Of a stretch of 64,000 nucleotides of DNA, positions 24,101-37,600 are shown one piece after another. This DNA comes from Azolla caroliniana (taxonomy: Eukaryota > Plantae > Polypodiophyta). How positions within the stretch are numbered: position 1 is the first letter of the stretch; each line of letters opens with the position of its first letter. Made by a program: the position numbers and the translations under genes. The notes beneath the pieces are model-generated. The model made no database searches, had not been told where the DNA came from, and worked only from the letters and a program-made list of their open reading frames with translations. Location: positions 2,914,001-2,978,000 of the forward strand of contig JBHGNT010000018.1 in NCBI GenBank assembly GCA_043228905.1. Direction: 5' to 3'.

Positions 24101-26591
24101 CGCCTATTTTTTCATGCATACAGTGCTTGGATATGGAGAAGAATTCATGTTTTGAGTAGTATCTTGGGCATCAATACATGATACATGGTGTTCTTATATC
24201 TCTTTCTTGTTGAACAAAATCATTGACATTAACTACTATTGGAGACAAACCATTTTGTTTCGGTGAAGCCTTTTCAATGTTCTCAAGATAATGATCTTAC
24301 GACCATCTACTAGTAATAAACCACCACATTAATGTTTCAACATCATAATCATTATGCTATGTTTGCGATTATGCTAATGACACGCATTGTGTACTTACAA
24401 TCACTCATAAGTTATAGATCTACAATAAAGAGTAATACTATATGGACGTTAGTACTTAGAACCATTAAATATACTAAGTATCATGATGCCATCCTAGAAG
24501 GTCACGCAACACCATGTGTGCATTAATGCCATGTTCGAAAGGTTTAACATCCTTCTATACATTTCCATTTCCAAGCAATGACCCCACGACCTTTTGAGGA
24601 TTATATAATCATTGATACACTACAAAGATTTAAGCTATTTATATAATTACATCACATGGGTGTTTTGACCATGAATACTCAATTGTACTTTATTTAGATA
24701 GCCAAAAAATTTACAAGTGACTAAAATATGCTATAGTAGAAATGCGACATATGACCAATCTCAACGTAGAAGGTCATTTGCCAGAGTTTGGAAGCCTCCA
24801 TTTAAAAAACCTAAATCACAACCAGTATACCTTTGAAATAATGTTGACATTCATCTTGCAACTTCATTATGAGTATATTTACTCCAAGTTTTCTCACTCG
24901 TGCAAATAGATATGCATAAAAACTTCCCTTTTGTATGTCGTCCTCCGTTTTCTGTTTCATCTTGAGCGATTACGTATTCAATACACACTTTGTCATTTGA
25001 CAAGAAGACCCTTCATTTCACCTCAAGTGAACACGTAGGCAAGGATGCTAGTACCAAAATTCATTATGTCGCTATCAAATTCTTTTGGAAAAATGTGTTT
25101 CAAATACACAAACTAGATAAAAATATGCGTCACCTTCACTTGTAATTTGTAGGCATAGTCTTAAGGACCAAACCTAAAGCTAAATTTATTAGTTTAAAGG
25201 TAGGATAAGAGGGAAGCTAGTTATCCTCGGACTTTGGACAAACCCGTAAGGATGCATTTATACATGGTAGTTTGGAAACTTGGGCATTGGTTTATATAAA
25301 GGGGTCTTCATTACGACATCTTGAGACACGCTCGAGACTCGATTGTTGAGGCTAAGCTCCCTTCTTTGGATTAATGTTAGGTAACAACCAAGGTAAAACA
25401 TATAGTAATATTAGATGTTATGTTTCTCTCATATTCTTCACTTTGGGTGGTCGATGTACATAGTTAAACACCCTTAATCTATTCTCTTCCTTAAATATCT
25501 TATTATATTGCTCACCACTAATTTGATTTGTAAAAGCTACACACACATTTCGGTTTGGAAAACCTTGAAGTGAGGGTCAAGGCTAAGAAAACATGTTTAT
25601 GATTGATTGGACATAATGCAAGCATGGAATATAATATGCTATAAATATGCCCACCAATGCCATATAGACACATAACAAATGCACGTAATGGGGATCATTA
25701 GAGGAAAAACTTGAATAGCATATTCGAACTATAAAAGCATATTGGCCAAATTTTGTTGATCGTGAGTAGTCCAATCGCACACACTCACATACATAAGCAT
25801 TATAATATGATAAGTGGGTTCAAACAAGGGGAAGAGGGTGAAGGTTGTCCCCTCTTCGAAAGATAAGTAGAAAGCAGAGAAGAAAAAATAATGTGGGTAA
25901 GGAAGGAGGAGTCATAGTTCGTTTATAAATTTAAGAAAGCACATAGACAATGAACCAATAGATAACAAGGGCATTAAATGCATAGCTAGGACTTCACCTC
26001 GGAAATTGACCCTATATCGAAATAGATACGCATTGCTTCTCATTCACACCAAAGGGTATCGATCGATCGTTAGATGATTGATTCGACTAATAATTCGGAC
26101 GAATTCGAGCGACAGGTTTGATTAAAATCAATTCCAGCTTCGAAACAAAATAGGAATATTAATAAACAAAAAAAAAAAACTGAAAAAGGAGGAGAAGATT
26201 GGCAGGTAGTCAGTTATCTCGAGAGTTTGAAAATATGCGATATGTGTGTGTGTGTCGTTACGTTAGGAAAATGAAAAGGAGATATGCAGGTTGGGGTCAT
26301 CATCCACCAAGCAAGTGTGTGTGTGTGTGTGAGCATGTGAGTGAATGAGACGTAACACTTGGAAAAGTCGAACCAGAAGGCGAGGTATCATCATCGGAGG
26401 AGGAGGCCAATGCATGCCGTGTGAGGGGTTTTCGGAATTCGAAAGTAGGGTTTCGAGGAGTAGCGAAGACTACAGGAAAACAATTCAATAGCATCCCGGC
26501 AAGAGGCAGTGTGAAACGAGATCTCCTTGTTAGAGGGACGCGTTTCCGATGTCCAGCCCACCCCCGCATTCTCTTCTTTCGACCCCCGGGC

Positions 26592-26593
<2 letters not shown>

Positions 26594-26643
<50 letters not shown>
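26594..26643. repeat. (GA)n microsatellite
   Basis: Directly visible. Confidence 0.95.
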
Positions 26644-26646
<3 letters not shown>

Positions 26647-26659
26647 GCCCTTAGGTTTT

Positions 26660-27276
26660 GTTGACCTTGCAGCTGAGCTGGATCAACCACCGCCACATCA
26701 GCACACCATGAAATTTCAGCTAGGCCTCTGCTGACATGGCAGCTGAGCTGGATAACCGGCCGCCACGTCAGCGGGAAGGGGGGGATAAAGGTTTCCCTTT
26801 GGTTCCCGCTGACCTTGCAGCTGAGCTGGATCAACCACCGCCACGTCCGCGCACTGAAAGTGGTCCCTGCTGACATGGCAGCTGAGCTGGATCAGCCACC
26901 GCCATGTCGGCAGAACGCTAGGAGCTGCAGGGAGGGAGGGAGGCTTGGGCGGGTGCCCCTGCTGACCTGGCAGCCGAGGTGGATTAGCTACCGCCACGTC
27001 GGCAGAGTGCGCGTGGTGTATGTAGGCAGGCTTCGGCGACGTGGCCCCCCCTGCTGACCTTGCGGCTGAGCTGGATCGGTCTCCACCACGTCAGCAGCGC
27101 GGCGGAGGTGGTGTAGGTAGGCTTGGGCAGCGTGCCCCCCTGCTGACCTTGCGGCTGAGCTGGATCGATCGCCGCCACGTCAGCGGAGGATGGGAGCGGG
27201 TGTACATAGTTAAGCCTCGGGCGTGTGGTCCCTGCTGACAGGGCAGCCGAGCTGGATCAACTGCCGCCATGTCAGC
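26660..27276. repeat. Array of eight 43-bp imperfect palindromic repeats with variable spacers
   Basis: Copies start at 26660, 26730, 26808, 26869, 26961, 27053, 27142 and 27234. Approximate consensus GCTGACMTKGCAGCTGAGCTGGATCAACCACCGCCACGTCAGC. Spacers are 27, 35, 18, 49, 49, 46 and 49 bp. Confidence 0.93.
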
Positions 27277-27319
27277 ACAGGGCGAAAGCGTATCCAGCCT
27301 TAGGTGTGTGTATGGCCCC

Positions 27320-27393
27320 CCTTCTTCTTCTTCTTCTTCTTCTTCTGTTGATTCTTCTGCTTCTTCTGCTTCTTCTTCTGTTGATTCTTCTGC

Positions 27394-27432
<39 letters not shown>

Positions 27433-27441
27433 TTCTTCTTC
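27320..27441. repeat. (CTT)n/(TCA)n trinucleotide microsatellite in the COI1 upstream/5'UTR region
   Basis: Directly visible. Confidence 0.9.
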
Positions 27442-28012
27442 TGCCAATTCCATACCATAGCTCTCTGTGGCTCCACCATCAGAGCTCTCCCTGAACCCTC
27501 GGATTGATCCAGCCATCGCCTCGAGGTCTCCCATCTCTGCTCCCCCCCCCCCCCCAGAAACTAGTTCTCCATCTAATCTCCCTGAACCAGTTGCGTTCTC
27601 CGGCCGAATCTGTACCCACCCAGGAGGCCAGAGCTCTCCATGGAATCTTGATCAACCCCCCCCCCCCCCCCCCCCAAACTTGGTTCTTTTTACATCTTCC
27701 AAAGAAATCGAAGAAGCCTCTGACTTTGTTTTTCTGAGAAAACACTGAGAATTTCTCCCTTTTCTTTCTTCTGGGCCTCACCAATGGGTCAAATACCATC
27801 TCTACCTGTATTTGGTGGACAAACAATACCAGAAAACTGCCCCCTACCGATCGGCCTCCTCCTCCGCCGCCCAAATCTAGTTCTGAAATGAATAGCCCAC
27901 ATCAGCCTCTCTCACTGGCACAAATCAAGAAAATCAGAAGACAGTTCCCCCCGAAAGCAATCTAGATTGCACTGTTTTTCTTTCTCTCTACTCTTTCCAA
28001 CTTGAGATCACA

Positions 28013-29658
28013 ATGGGTCACAAATTGCCTCTCATCTCCAGAGGAGAAGCCATACCGGAGACGGCTCTCGAGTTCATCTTCAACTACCTCGACAACCCGA
28101 TCGATCGGAGCGCCGCGTCTCGGGTATGCAAGAAATGGTACAATGTGGACGGGCGCACACGAAAAGACATAACCATAGTGTTGTGCTACTCCATCGATCC
28201 CCCAACTCTACCGCACCGATTCTCAGCACTAGAGGCTTTGAAGCTCAAAGGTAAGCCTAGGGCTTCGATGTTTAAGCTTGTTCCCGAAGATTGGGGCGGA
28301 TATGCCAAGCCTTGGGTCTCCGTTATTACTGTGCATTGTCCATGCCTCAAATCTATACACTTCCGGCGAATGGTTGTGGATGATGATGATCTGGTTACCA
28401 TTGCTCAAGGGATGGGTAACATGCTTCAGGTGCTTAAGCTCGACAAGTGCTCAGGTTTCTCAACTAATGGATTGGAAGCGGTCACGAGATCTTGCAAGTA
28501 AGCCATTTATCTCCTCTTTCTCAAATGCTTCTTCTGTGTTCTTGGCTTGTGTTACAATGTCTTTATGTGTGTATGAATATGTGTTCCTTTTCTTGTGTTC
28601 CAATGTGTGTGAATGAGGGTGTCCAGCATAGATAGGTGGTTATATATACTTGCCTTAATTCCATGGGAAAGATAGAAACATCGACATGGATTTAATCTTC
28701 CGCAGGTGTTATCCGTAGGCAAAAAATAACCCTATTTCATCACAGCAGAAGCTTAAGAAAAAACAAAAAAAAAAGCCCATCATGACAGTAAACATTGGAA
28801 GCTTCCTATAAGATCTGAGTCAGTGACAATGCATCCAGAATTTCTTGAATGTGATGGTAAGTCATAAGATTACATTTGAAGGAAATTTCTTGAATGTGAT
28901 GGTTTATATGAGTACATTGATGGGTTGTATGGAAAGGAAACATAGAAAAGGAAATTTAAAACTCCATGATAAACCATGGTCTTGAAAGAATCCTATGCTA
29001 AAGATTGTCTTTGAGAATCCCTTGTTCAAGGGGCGAGAGTCTCGATTCTTACAGTGCTTCTTCTTTCTTTGTTAATGCTTCCTCCAGATCTCTAAGAGTG
29101 CTTCTTCTGGACGACAGCATTATCCAAGACCATGGAGGGACATGGCTACGCGAACTTGCGATTCACAGCAAATGTCTGGAAGTGCTGAATTTCTATGGAA
29201 CAGATCTTCAAAACATAGATACAGAAGATCTTCTAACTATAGCCACGAATTGCAAAGGTCTTATCTCGCTAAAGCTCAGCGAATTTAAGCTCGAAAGCTT
29301 GATGCCATTATTGAGCAAATCAACATGCCTAAGAGAATTAGGGGGGCTCTGTTTAGGTTCGAATGACGGAGTAAACATAGATGTTAGGTTACCATCTACA
29401 CTAACATCGTTGGTGGGTCTATATTATGCGGGTGCAGACGAGGGTGATGCGGTGATAAATCAAGTGATACGACCGATCGCATCGGGATTAAAGAAGCTCG
29501 ATCTTCAATTTGCATTCCTGAGTGTGAGTGGTCACTGCCAGCTTCTCAGCTCTTGCACCAATCTAGAAGCTCTGGAGGTACTTACTGCTCATTCATCCAT
29601 GCTCTGTCATGCATCATTATATACATATACATATATATACATATACATCTTTACACAC

Positions 29659-29690
<32 letters not shown>

Positions 29691-29778
29691 ACATATACAT
29701 ATACATACACACACATATATATATGGTGTAAGATCCCAAATCATAATATTGACAACATATATACACACATATACATAT

Positions 29779-29816
<38 letters not shown>

Positions 29817-30642
29817 GGTGTAAGATCCTAAATCATAATATTGAATGGTTCTCTCTTCATTGTAGGTGTTCAATGCCATTGGTGATGAGGGATTGGAGGT
29901 TATAGCGAACAACTGCAAGAAGCTTCGTAGGCTCCGTGTGGAACGAGGCGACCGAGATGTGCAGCAAGGATTCGTGACTCAGAAGGGGTTAACCGCAATC
30001 GCGTTGAGTTGCCACCAGCTCGAATACATTGCAGCATATGTCTCAGACATCGACAACGCGGCCCTAGTCACGATCGCATCGAATTGCCCAAACCTTAGAG
30101 ACTTCCGGCTGGTTCTTCTAGACGAGGGCAACGATATCTCGGATTTCCCCCTCGATGATGGTGTGAGAGCCCTAATGCAAAAATGCAAGTGTATGCACCG
30201 GTTTGCGCTCTATTTACGGCCGGGTTGTGTCACGGACCGCGGCATGAATGAGATGGGGATCTACGGGAAGAGCCTAAGGTGGGTGCTCTTCGGATTGCTA
30301 GGTGAGACAGACATGGGGTTAAGCCTCTTTGCCGACTATTGCCAAAGCTTGGAGAAGCTCGAGATCCGGGACTGCGTGTATAGCGAGGCCGCGATCGCGT
30401 CCGCGGTGCTGAAGATGAGGTCATTGAAGTATGTGTGGGTGCAAGGGTATAAGTCGAGCGGGAGTGGGCAAGACCTATTACCGCTTTGTAACGCGTGCTG
30501 GAGGGTCGAGTATATACCGGCCACAAAGACGATCGATGGCATGGAGCAACCCGTGCAATTCGTGGCGTACCGGTCACTTTCGGAGAGATGTAGGGTCGAT
30601 CATCCTCCGTCCGTCATTCTTCTCAATGAGTCCATGGTGTAG
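28013..30642 (+). CDS. COI1: Coronatine-insensitive 1-like F-box/LRR jasmonate receptor; exons 28013-28497, 29088-29577, 29866-30642 (583 aa)
   Basis: F-box start; LKLKGKPRASMFKLVPEDWGGYAKPW; LRRLRVER; LEYIAAYVSDI; DFRLVLLD; FALYLR; KLEIR; YVWVQGY. Both GT-AG introns keep the frame (AA|GTAAGC...CCAG|A and GAG|GTAC...GTAG|GTG). Three-exon layout typical of COI1. Confidence 0.95.
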
Positions 30643-31654
30643 TCGTAGTAGTAGTAGTGGCCCATCTCAAAAAGCCGAGTGTGAAACCAAGTTGATCGAT
30701 GACTCTTCTCATCATGTAGTTGGTTTGCTATTCTCAAGAGTGTTTGGACATTTGTTTCTTGTACTCTTGTGTCAACATTCTACCTCCTTGTCATCCATCA
30801 TTGGAGAGTGTGCCTATTCCTTGACATTCTTCCAACTTTATTCTAAACGGTCGTCAGAGAGGTCCTCTATTCTCAGGAGAGTTTTCAACACTTGTTTCTC
30901 GTGCATTACAATTGACCTTTTAGTTTTGGAGCCTTTGATTAGGGATGCCGATCTATGTACAAAAAAACATGCATGCTCTTCTAGTGATGGTGAATCTTAT
31001 GTAAAGAGAACATTCTCAACACACCTGATTACAAAGAATGCATTGTTCATTCTCCCCTTTTTTTCCCTTGAAAGGGTAGTGTGTGTTAAAATTGAGGAAA
31101 AGATCAAACATACACCTCCAAGTATATCGCAATACCCCTTGTATTTTCAAGACAAAGGGTACATTTTGATCATTGTTGAAAATGTAAAGGGTGTTATTCA
31201 CATTGCCCAAATACAAGATCAGGTGCATTTTTCATATTTTCTCTTAAAATTACATCCTTTTAATTTTACAATCCTTTGGAAACAAAAGGCCACATGACTT
31301 GTATCCATTCATAGGTCTAGGTCTTTTTGGCCTTTGGTAGACATACATAGGTCTAGGTCTATTATATTGATAGCTATATTTTAGTTGCATTTCATGATTG
31401 TGCTACTTTAGGCATAAAAGGGTTTGCTAGAACCGGAGGCATCTATACTTTATCATCCTTGTACCATGAGATTCAATAGTCATTTCATTTTCCATTGCCA
31501 TTATTTTTGTAGTGTTTTTTTTATTGCTTTCAATTATAGACATGATTTGTCTCTTAAGTTGATTTTGACCTTAACATCAAGAAATAACACTTTTCTTTGT
31601 TATTCTCCGCTGTTTGACATAGACAACATTGTTGCACAATAGATATCCTTATCT

Positions 31655-31693
<39 letters not shown>

Positions 31694-34600
31694 AATGTAG
31701 TCCTTGAGTATGAAGCAATTGAGCCTTAATGGAGTAGAAATGAGGTGGCAACATTAGTGGGCCAAAATAGCTTTTCTTATTTTTAATAAAAGCACCCTAT
31801 ATTTATTAAGACAACACAACCAAATGAAAAACGCTTGTACCCATACTACAATTATGAGAATCTCCATGGTAAGTTAAAACCGATTAGTTGTTGAAAGACT
31901 CATTGGAATAATCTTTAACTTTCTTAGAATGAGGCGAGTCCTTGGAATCCTTCTGGGTAATCAAATGCATCTTAGTTTGATCAACTTCACATACTCGATC
32001 TACTCCACATAAGTTTAAATTTGGTAAGAATGGAAAAGTCGCAACACCATTGGTGAAATATAATACATTGTTGGTGTCCCTCCCCACATATGATATATTG
32101 TTGGATATAAAAGTCACATTATTTCAAGGTCCATTGAACCTTGTTGTGCATAATTATTAACAATCCCATGATTTGATTGGATTGGAGGAACAAGAAGATG
32201 ATAATTGTGAGTCTTCAATGGGTTACATGCCTCTCATGCTAGATTGGAATGGTCCATCTACATGTCGATAGTAACCTCAAACATTGATACAATATTTTTT
32301 GTTGATCACTCTTCAATATTTCCTAAATATTTTAGGTAATGATTTCTTGGTAAATAATGACATGAGACATCCATAATGTATTTTGTTTGCATCAATATAT
32401 AAGAAAGGTTGGGCATCAAGTTACATTATTGTTGCCAACATATATCACAGAAGATGAGGTGGAAAATGTGCTTTCACGTTGTTATGATGGTAAAAATCTA
32501 GGTAGTATGGAATTATTAATGAGTTATTAACACTTTTGCCGAGGAATTTAGGGGTTCTTGTACGACGTTTGTTTTGAGAAGTGTGTAGGGTTATGGTAGG
32601 ATGAATGACTAATAGAAAACTTGACTCATCATTAATCTTCAACTGAAATTCCTCACATGTGGCTTTTGGGTAGTGGAGAGTTGAGACTTGACACCCTTGG
32701 CTTGAACACATAGATTATGTAAGTGTTTTATGTAAGTAATAACAAATCAACTTCAAAAGGTGGTATCTTCTATTGAGCACCCTATGCAATATGGATTTAT
32801 GATGACAAAGACACCATTTGAGTGTGCAAATGTTTGAGGATTATGCTAATGATTCAAAACAATAAACTATGATGCAGGTCTAACAAGGCATACGATCATG
32901 TAAGGTAGTTGCTTATTTCCGAACTTATGTCTCGTATGGGTTTTGATGCACTCTCAAATTCATGTTGGCCTAGGTGCAATGTGGCATGTTTTCTTAAATG
33001 ACTATGATGAAAGTGATATCTTCAACATGGTGTGATAGCCGTTGAGTTCGTCATTGTTTGCTATTGCTACTCACTTATCTCTTACGGCATTGCACAACTT
33101 ACATAACACATGTGAAATTGTTGTACTTGCACTCATGCAAGGGAGAAAATGCTACCTCAAGCCTTCACATATGATTCTTTCGTTTCCCTAAAACTTTTCT
33201 AATAGCTAATAATATAGTTAAAGTCATTAGAGCATGTGATGTAATTGGGCACACATTAATATAAATATAAATTAGTGCTTATCCAATGCACACAAAAACA
33301 CATAATTGATCTTGGATGGCATGACCAAATACTAGAATATGGCAATGTTTCTTGCCACTTACATTACTTAAATATTGTTGTGTCTCCCTCCTCAAAATTT
33401 GAAGTGGATCTCGAGTAAAATCTTGGATAAATTTGTTCACTAAAATTCTTAGGCATGATAATTTTTCACTTTACTCAAAGTGAAGTGATCAAACATCCTT
33501 ACTATGAATATGTATTTCGCGCCATTAGTTCCATGGGCAAAATGTTGTCGATTGATAGATTTCACCACTATGTATACACCATGGAAGCAAGGGTAAACAC
33601 TAGCCATGATTTGTGGAGTCATATGTTCACCCCAAACCATTGCGCTCCTACTTGACATGGAAACGTTATTTTAGAGACATTTAGTCGATATCTTATGATT
33701 TGTAACACAATTTATTAGTTAGAAACCCAAAACTATCAAAGAATGACAGACAAGCATAACAAAAAAAATATTCTCCTCATATTTTACCAATTCATGTGGT
33801 ATAGACTATAGTTATGAAGCTTCATTTCTTTCTCTTACTTGAGAACGTGAACTCTCCGTCACCCACACTTGTTTAACACATACTTGAACTAGGTCTTAGG
33901 CAAGCATATTTTGTACGACACTTTTTACTAACATGGAAGACTTGATTATGATTTTCTTAGGATCTCAAAGGTAATGTGCCTTGTGGATGATAGTACACTA
34001 TCTTATACTTATCGTTATGGTTATCCCTATCTCTCTCTTTCTCTCTGTCTCTCTCACACGCACACAAACACACAAAGATTTCTATAAGGAAATATCCTAA
34101 TAGTTTGAATTCAGTACACCTTTTTGTCCTAATTAACAAAATAATGAATGTGACTATGGTCACAAGCATATGTTTGACTAGGCATTGATAATGAACATTT
34201 ACGTTCCTAAGTGTAATTGGCATAAAAGCCTATCAAATCACGTACTCTAGAAATCAATAGTCTAACAAATCAATTCCTTCCCTCTCGAAAACAATCCATG
34301 AATGACAATGTTGATTAAGACATGCAAAGTTCTTTTGGTGAACATTTAAATCCATCTAAGAACTTTTTTTGTGTCTAAGCCACCATCAATACACAAAATT
34401 AGATCATCTCTCTCCCTCTCTCTCATTATCACAATGCAAAATTCAAATTCAAATGTAATAATGCAAAACCCTTATCTTATTTTGAAAGCAGCCTCCTCAC
34501 AAAAAAGCTTATATGGAGAGCAAATCACATTTACAAAAACATGGTAGGACCTTTTCATAAACAATAACTTTTCTAGTGCACAAGTCTTCAATTAATTAGT

Positions 34601-37600
34601 TTGGCAAGAGACCTAGTTAATATTCACCACTCAACAAATGTTCAAGGCTCTTTCTAGTGAAGTTTGAACATTAAGCATTAGAGGCACATTTTTAAGCACA
34701 AAGAGAATTGCTTGTATAGGAAGCAAATACAAATGAGAGTGGCTTAACATTTTAGAGTAGATGGTTTGTAATTTGGTATGATGTATGCAATGTTCCATGT
34801 AAGCATGACCATGTCCATGGGAGATTATCATGACCAAAAGTGCCATGGGGTCTTTCTAAAATGTCCACCCCCTTGCCCACACAATAGCACCTTTGTGTGT
34901 CCAGACCCACCCCAATAAACATCTTAGAATGGCGCCCACAATAGTTTAGGCCAAGAGACACACTATGGAATGGGGCCAAGCCCATGGCAAGGGTCAATAA
35001 TGAGTTCCCTCATTTTTATGACTTCAATGTGATAGTGTAAACCACCTAGCCAATAGCGATATATAGATAGAATTGACTATAGTTTCAGAAATCAAATAGG
35101 ACCTACGACACAAAAAATATAGGTTTTCCATGTAATACATGTGAAATTGAGAAGCAATTGTCAATGTTCGAGGACTTTATTGATGATTGTTACAAGTGAG
35201 AGTGCAAAATGTGACTGTGAGAGAAATTTATGCAAGGATTGGGTTTGGTCAAAGATGTGTGGAAAGAATAGTTTAATGTGATCAAGGAAAGGCCACTGTA
35301 TCAAGATGTGATACTCAAACTCCCAAATTTGTTTATAGTCGACTAGTCTCACCACATCAAAGTGAGTGTGACCTAAGTAGTATGGAAGCCATGGTTAAGA
35401 TGGCTGACAACATGGTTGGCTCTATCTTCTGGATCAAAATAATGATGGGCAAAAGAACAAGAAATTAAGGGGAAGAATGGATTAAGGATGCTTAACCACT
35501 CTAACAACCCCAAAGCAAAGTACGTGAGATAAACATAAAATACCATTAGATAACTCCCACACCACTAAATATTACCTTATGTTACACTTTGGTTGTTGAA
35601 ATAACATATCAAAAGAAAAGAGTTTAGCCTCACCAATAAAGTCTCAACAATGTCTCAAGATGTGATAATGAAAGGGGTAGCTAGTCCCCTTAATACAATC
35701 CAACATCTAAGGCTCCCAAACCATTATGTATTCCCATGTGTCATGTGTCCATAAGAGTTTGCCCTAATTCCTAAAATAAATGGTTTCTCAATTATAATAC
35801 CCATAACCCATTAAATTAAGCTATAAAATTGGGCCCTAAGGTCATGCATATAACAATCTAACATCTAGAAGAGAGAAAGAGAGAAAATACAATAGATTTT
35901 TGTGGACACCAAATTTGACCTATGGGGCTAAATAAACATATTGTCTTGTATGTACTCTTTGAAAATGGAGGTTACAATTGTATAGTAAAAGCTCTCTATG
36001 TGAGATAATGCCCACACATCTACAAGAGACGGACTGGAGTCCATGTGACAAGGCTTAGCCCATGGTGATTATCAAATTTTGTTTCTCCCAAATATATGAC
36101 TTTAATATTACAATGTAAACCATCAAGGCAAGAAAGAGAATTAATCTCTACTTGAGTCAACATATTGAAGACTAATCTTGAGTTCATAACACCAATGTGG
36201 CATACAGTTTAGGAAATTTTATATGTTTGCTAAACTAAGGATTTGAACCCAAGTCTATGTGTTAGGAACAATGATATGTGTGTTCAACTCCAAACTTGAA
36301 CACAAGTCCATGGATTAGCATCCTTATTGCTTACCACTAAGGATGATAATTTCAATGGTCAAGGCAACTATATTTCTTCATTGATCATGTACAATGGCCA
36401 AATATGTGAAGCGGACGCATTAGGTAAGCTAATAACAATTGATTATGATTTTGTAATACTTGTTTAGTGGAGTACATGAATTTCAAAACCTCTTTATAAA
36501 GGCAATAAAGATGTGGTTTTCTGTAGGGTAGGTTTCTCTACATAAACAAAATTGAGAGAGACAAGGTAGATCTTTATGCATGGGTTGTCCAAGGAAGGAA
36601 AAAAAGGCGTTCAACTCAACATTCATGGGGGGATGACGTTCTTGGTGACTCGAACATCTTACGTGTCAAGTATTGATTGGTACAAAACAATTGTGTTACT
36701 TCAAGACATTATTCCTTTTTCTATGCATGAGATTGATTTAATGGTTATCCTTAAAGGAGAAAGAACATGAAAATCAATCTAGTAATAATATACCTTTACA
36801 TCATGGGATTGATTTAATGTTTATCCCTAAGATCATTCTAGCAATAATATTCCTTCACAATCATTCTTCATTGTCAGATTGAATTTTCGTCCATCCATTT
36901 CATAGACGCCACAGACGTTATCCTCGAAGTATGTAGTTTGGACACCGTTACTTTCCTTCAAAACTCCATGTTTTCCACGTCTATAATGCCTTAAAACACA
37001 ATGGTTTGTGCAACCTATAGATGTGTACAACTCCTTTTTGTTTTAGTGTTCTAATTGCACACTAATCACAATGTGTTTGTGCATGCTAGAATGTTTTCGA
37101 AATACCTCAACGAATCTCACGCATAAAATAATTGAAAGTTTTAGGTATTGAAAAATATTGGTTTAGAAAGGCGATCTTTCAAATGTATCATCCAAGTTTA
37201 TGAGGTGAGAAATTCTAAGGAAATCTAAAGTGTTAAACATGACCCATGTAATTATCATTGTGAGAATCTTGCTTTTGAGGGCATTTCCCACTTCAACATT
37301 TCTAAGGTGTTGAATCGAACTCGTTTCATTGCATATGTGTGGAACACAAGACATGTCATTGGTAGGGTTTTTTCAGTGAGGCTCATTGTACCCCTATTTT
37401 CCATGAAACCTTTCAAACGTAATAAGATTCTTCCAGATAATCATATTTTAATATTCTTGCTGCAAAAAGTTGGATATTCGTGTTGGATCTCCTAAAAAAG
37501 AAACTTCGATATTGTTTGGGTGGTTATGCTAGGAATATTGGTTGCACCATAAAATAAAAGAAATGAATTTCTAGAGGCCATATGGTCAAACACATTTGAA

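Noticed and set aside
21300-25800. Possible ancient TE or gene remnants in AT-rich DNA (also 31.8-39.5 kb and 62-64 kb)
   Set aside because: Only short ORFs without motifs I can identify; a translated homology search is needed.
26660-27276. True CRISPR array
   Set aside because: Plant nuclear context, no cas genes in the window, degenerate repeats, spacer lengths from 18 to 49 bp, and several spacers resemble each other. Kept as a repeat finding only.
27091-27534. Poly-E/D, poly-L/H and poly-S ORFs
   Set aside because: These are translations of the (CTT)n/(TCA)n microsatellite with no domain evidence.
30431-31297. 288-aa ORF overlapping the COI1 3' end
   Set aside because: Alternate frame running through the 3'UTR with no recognisable motifs.
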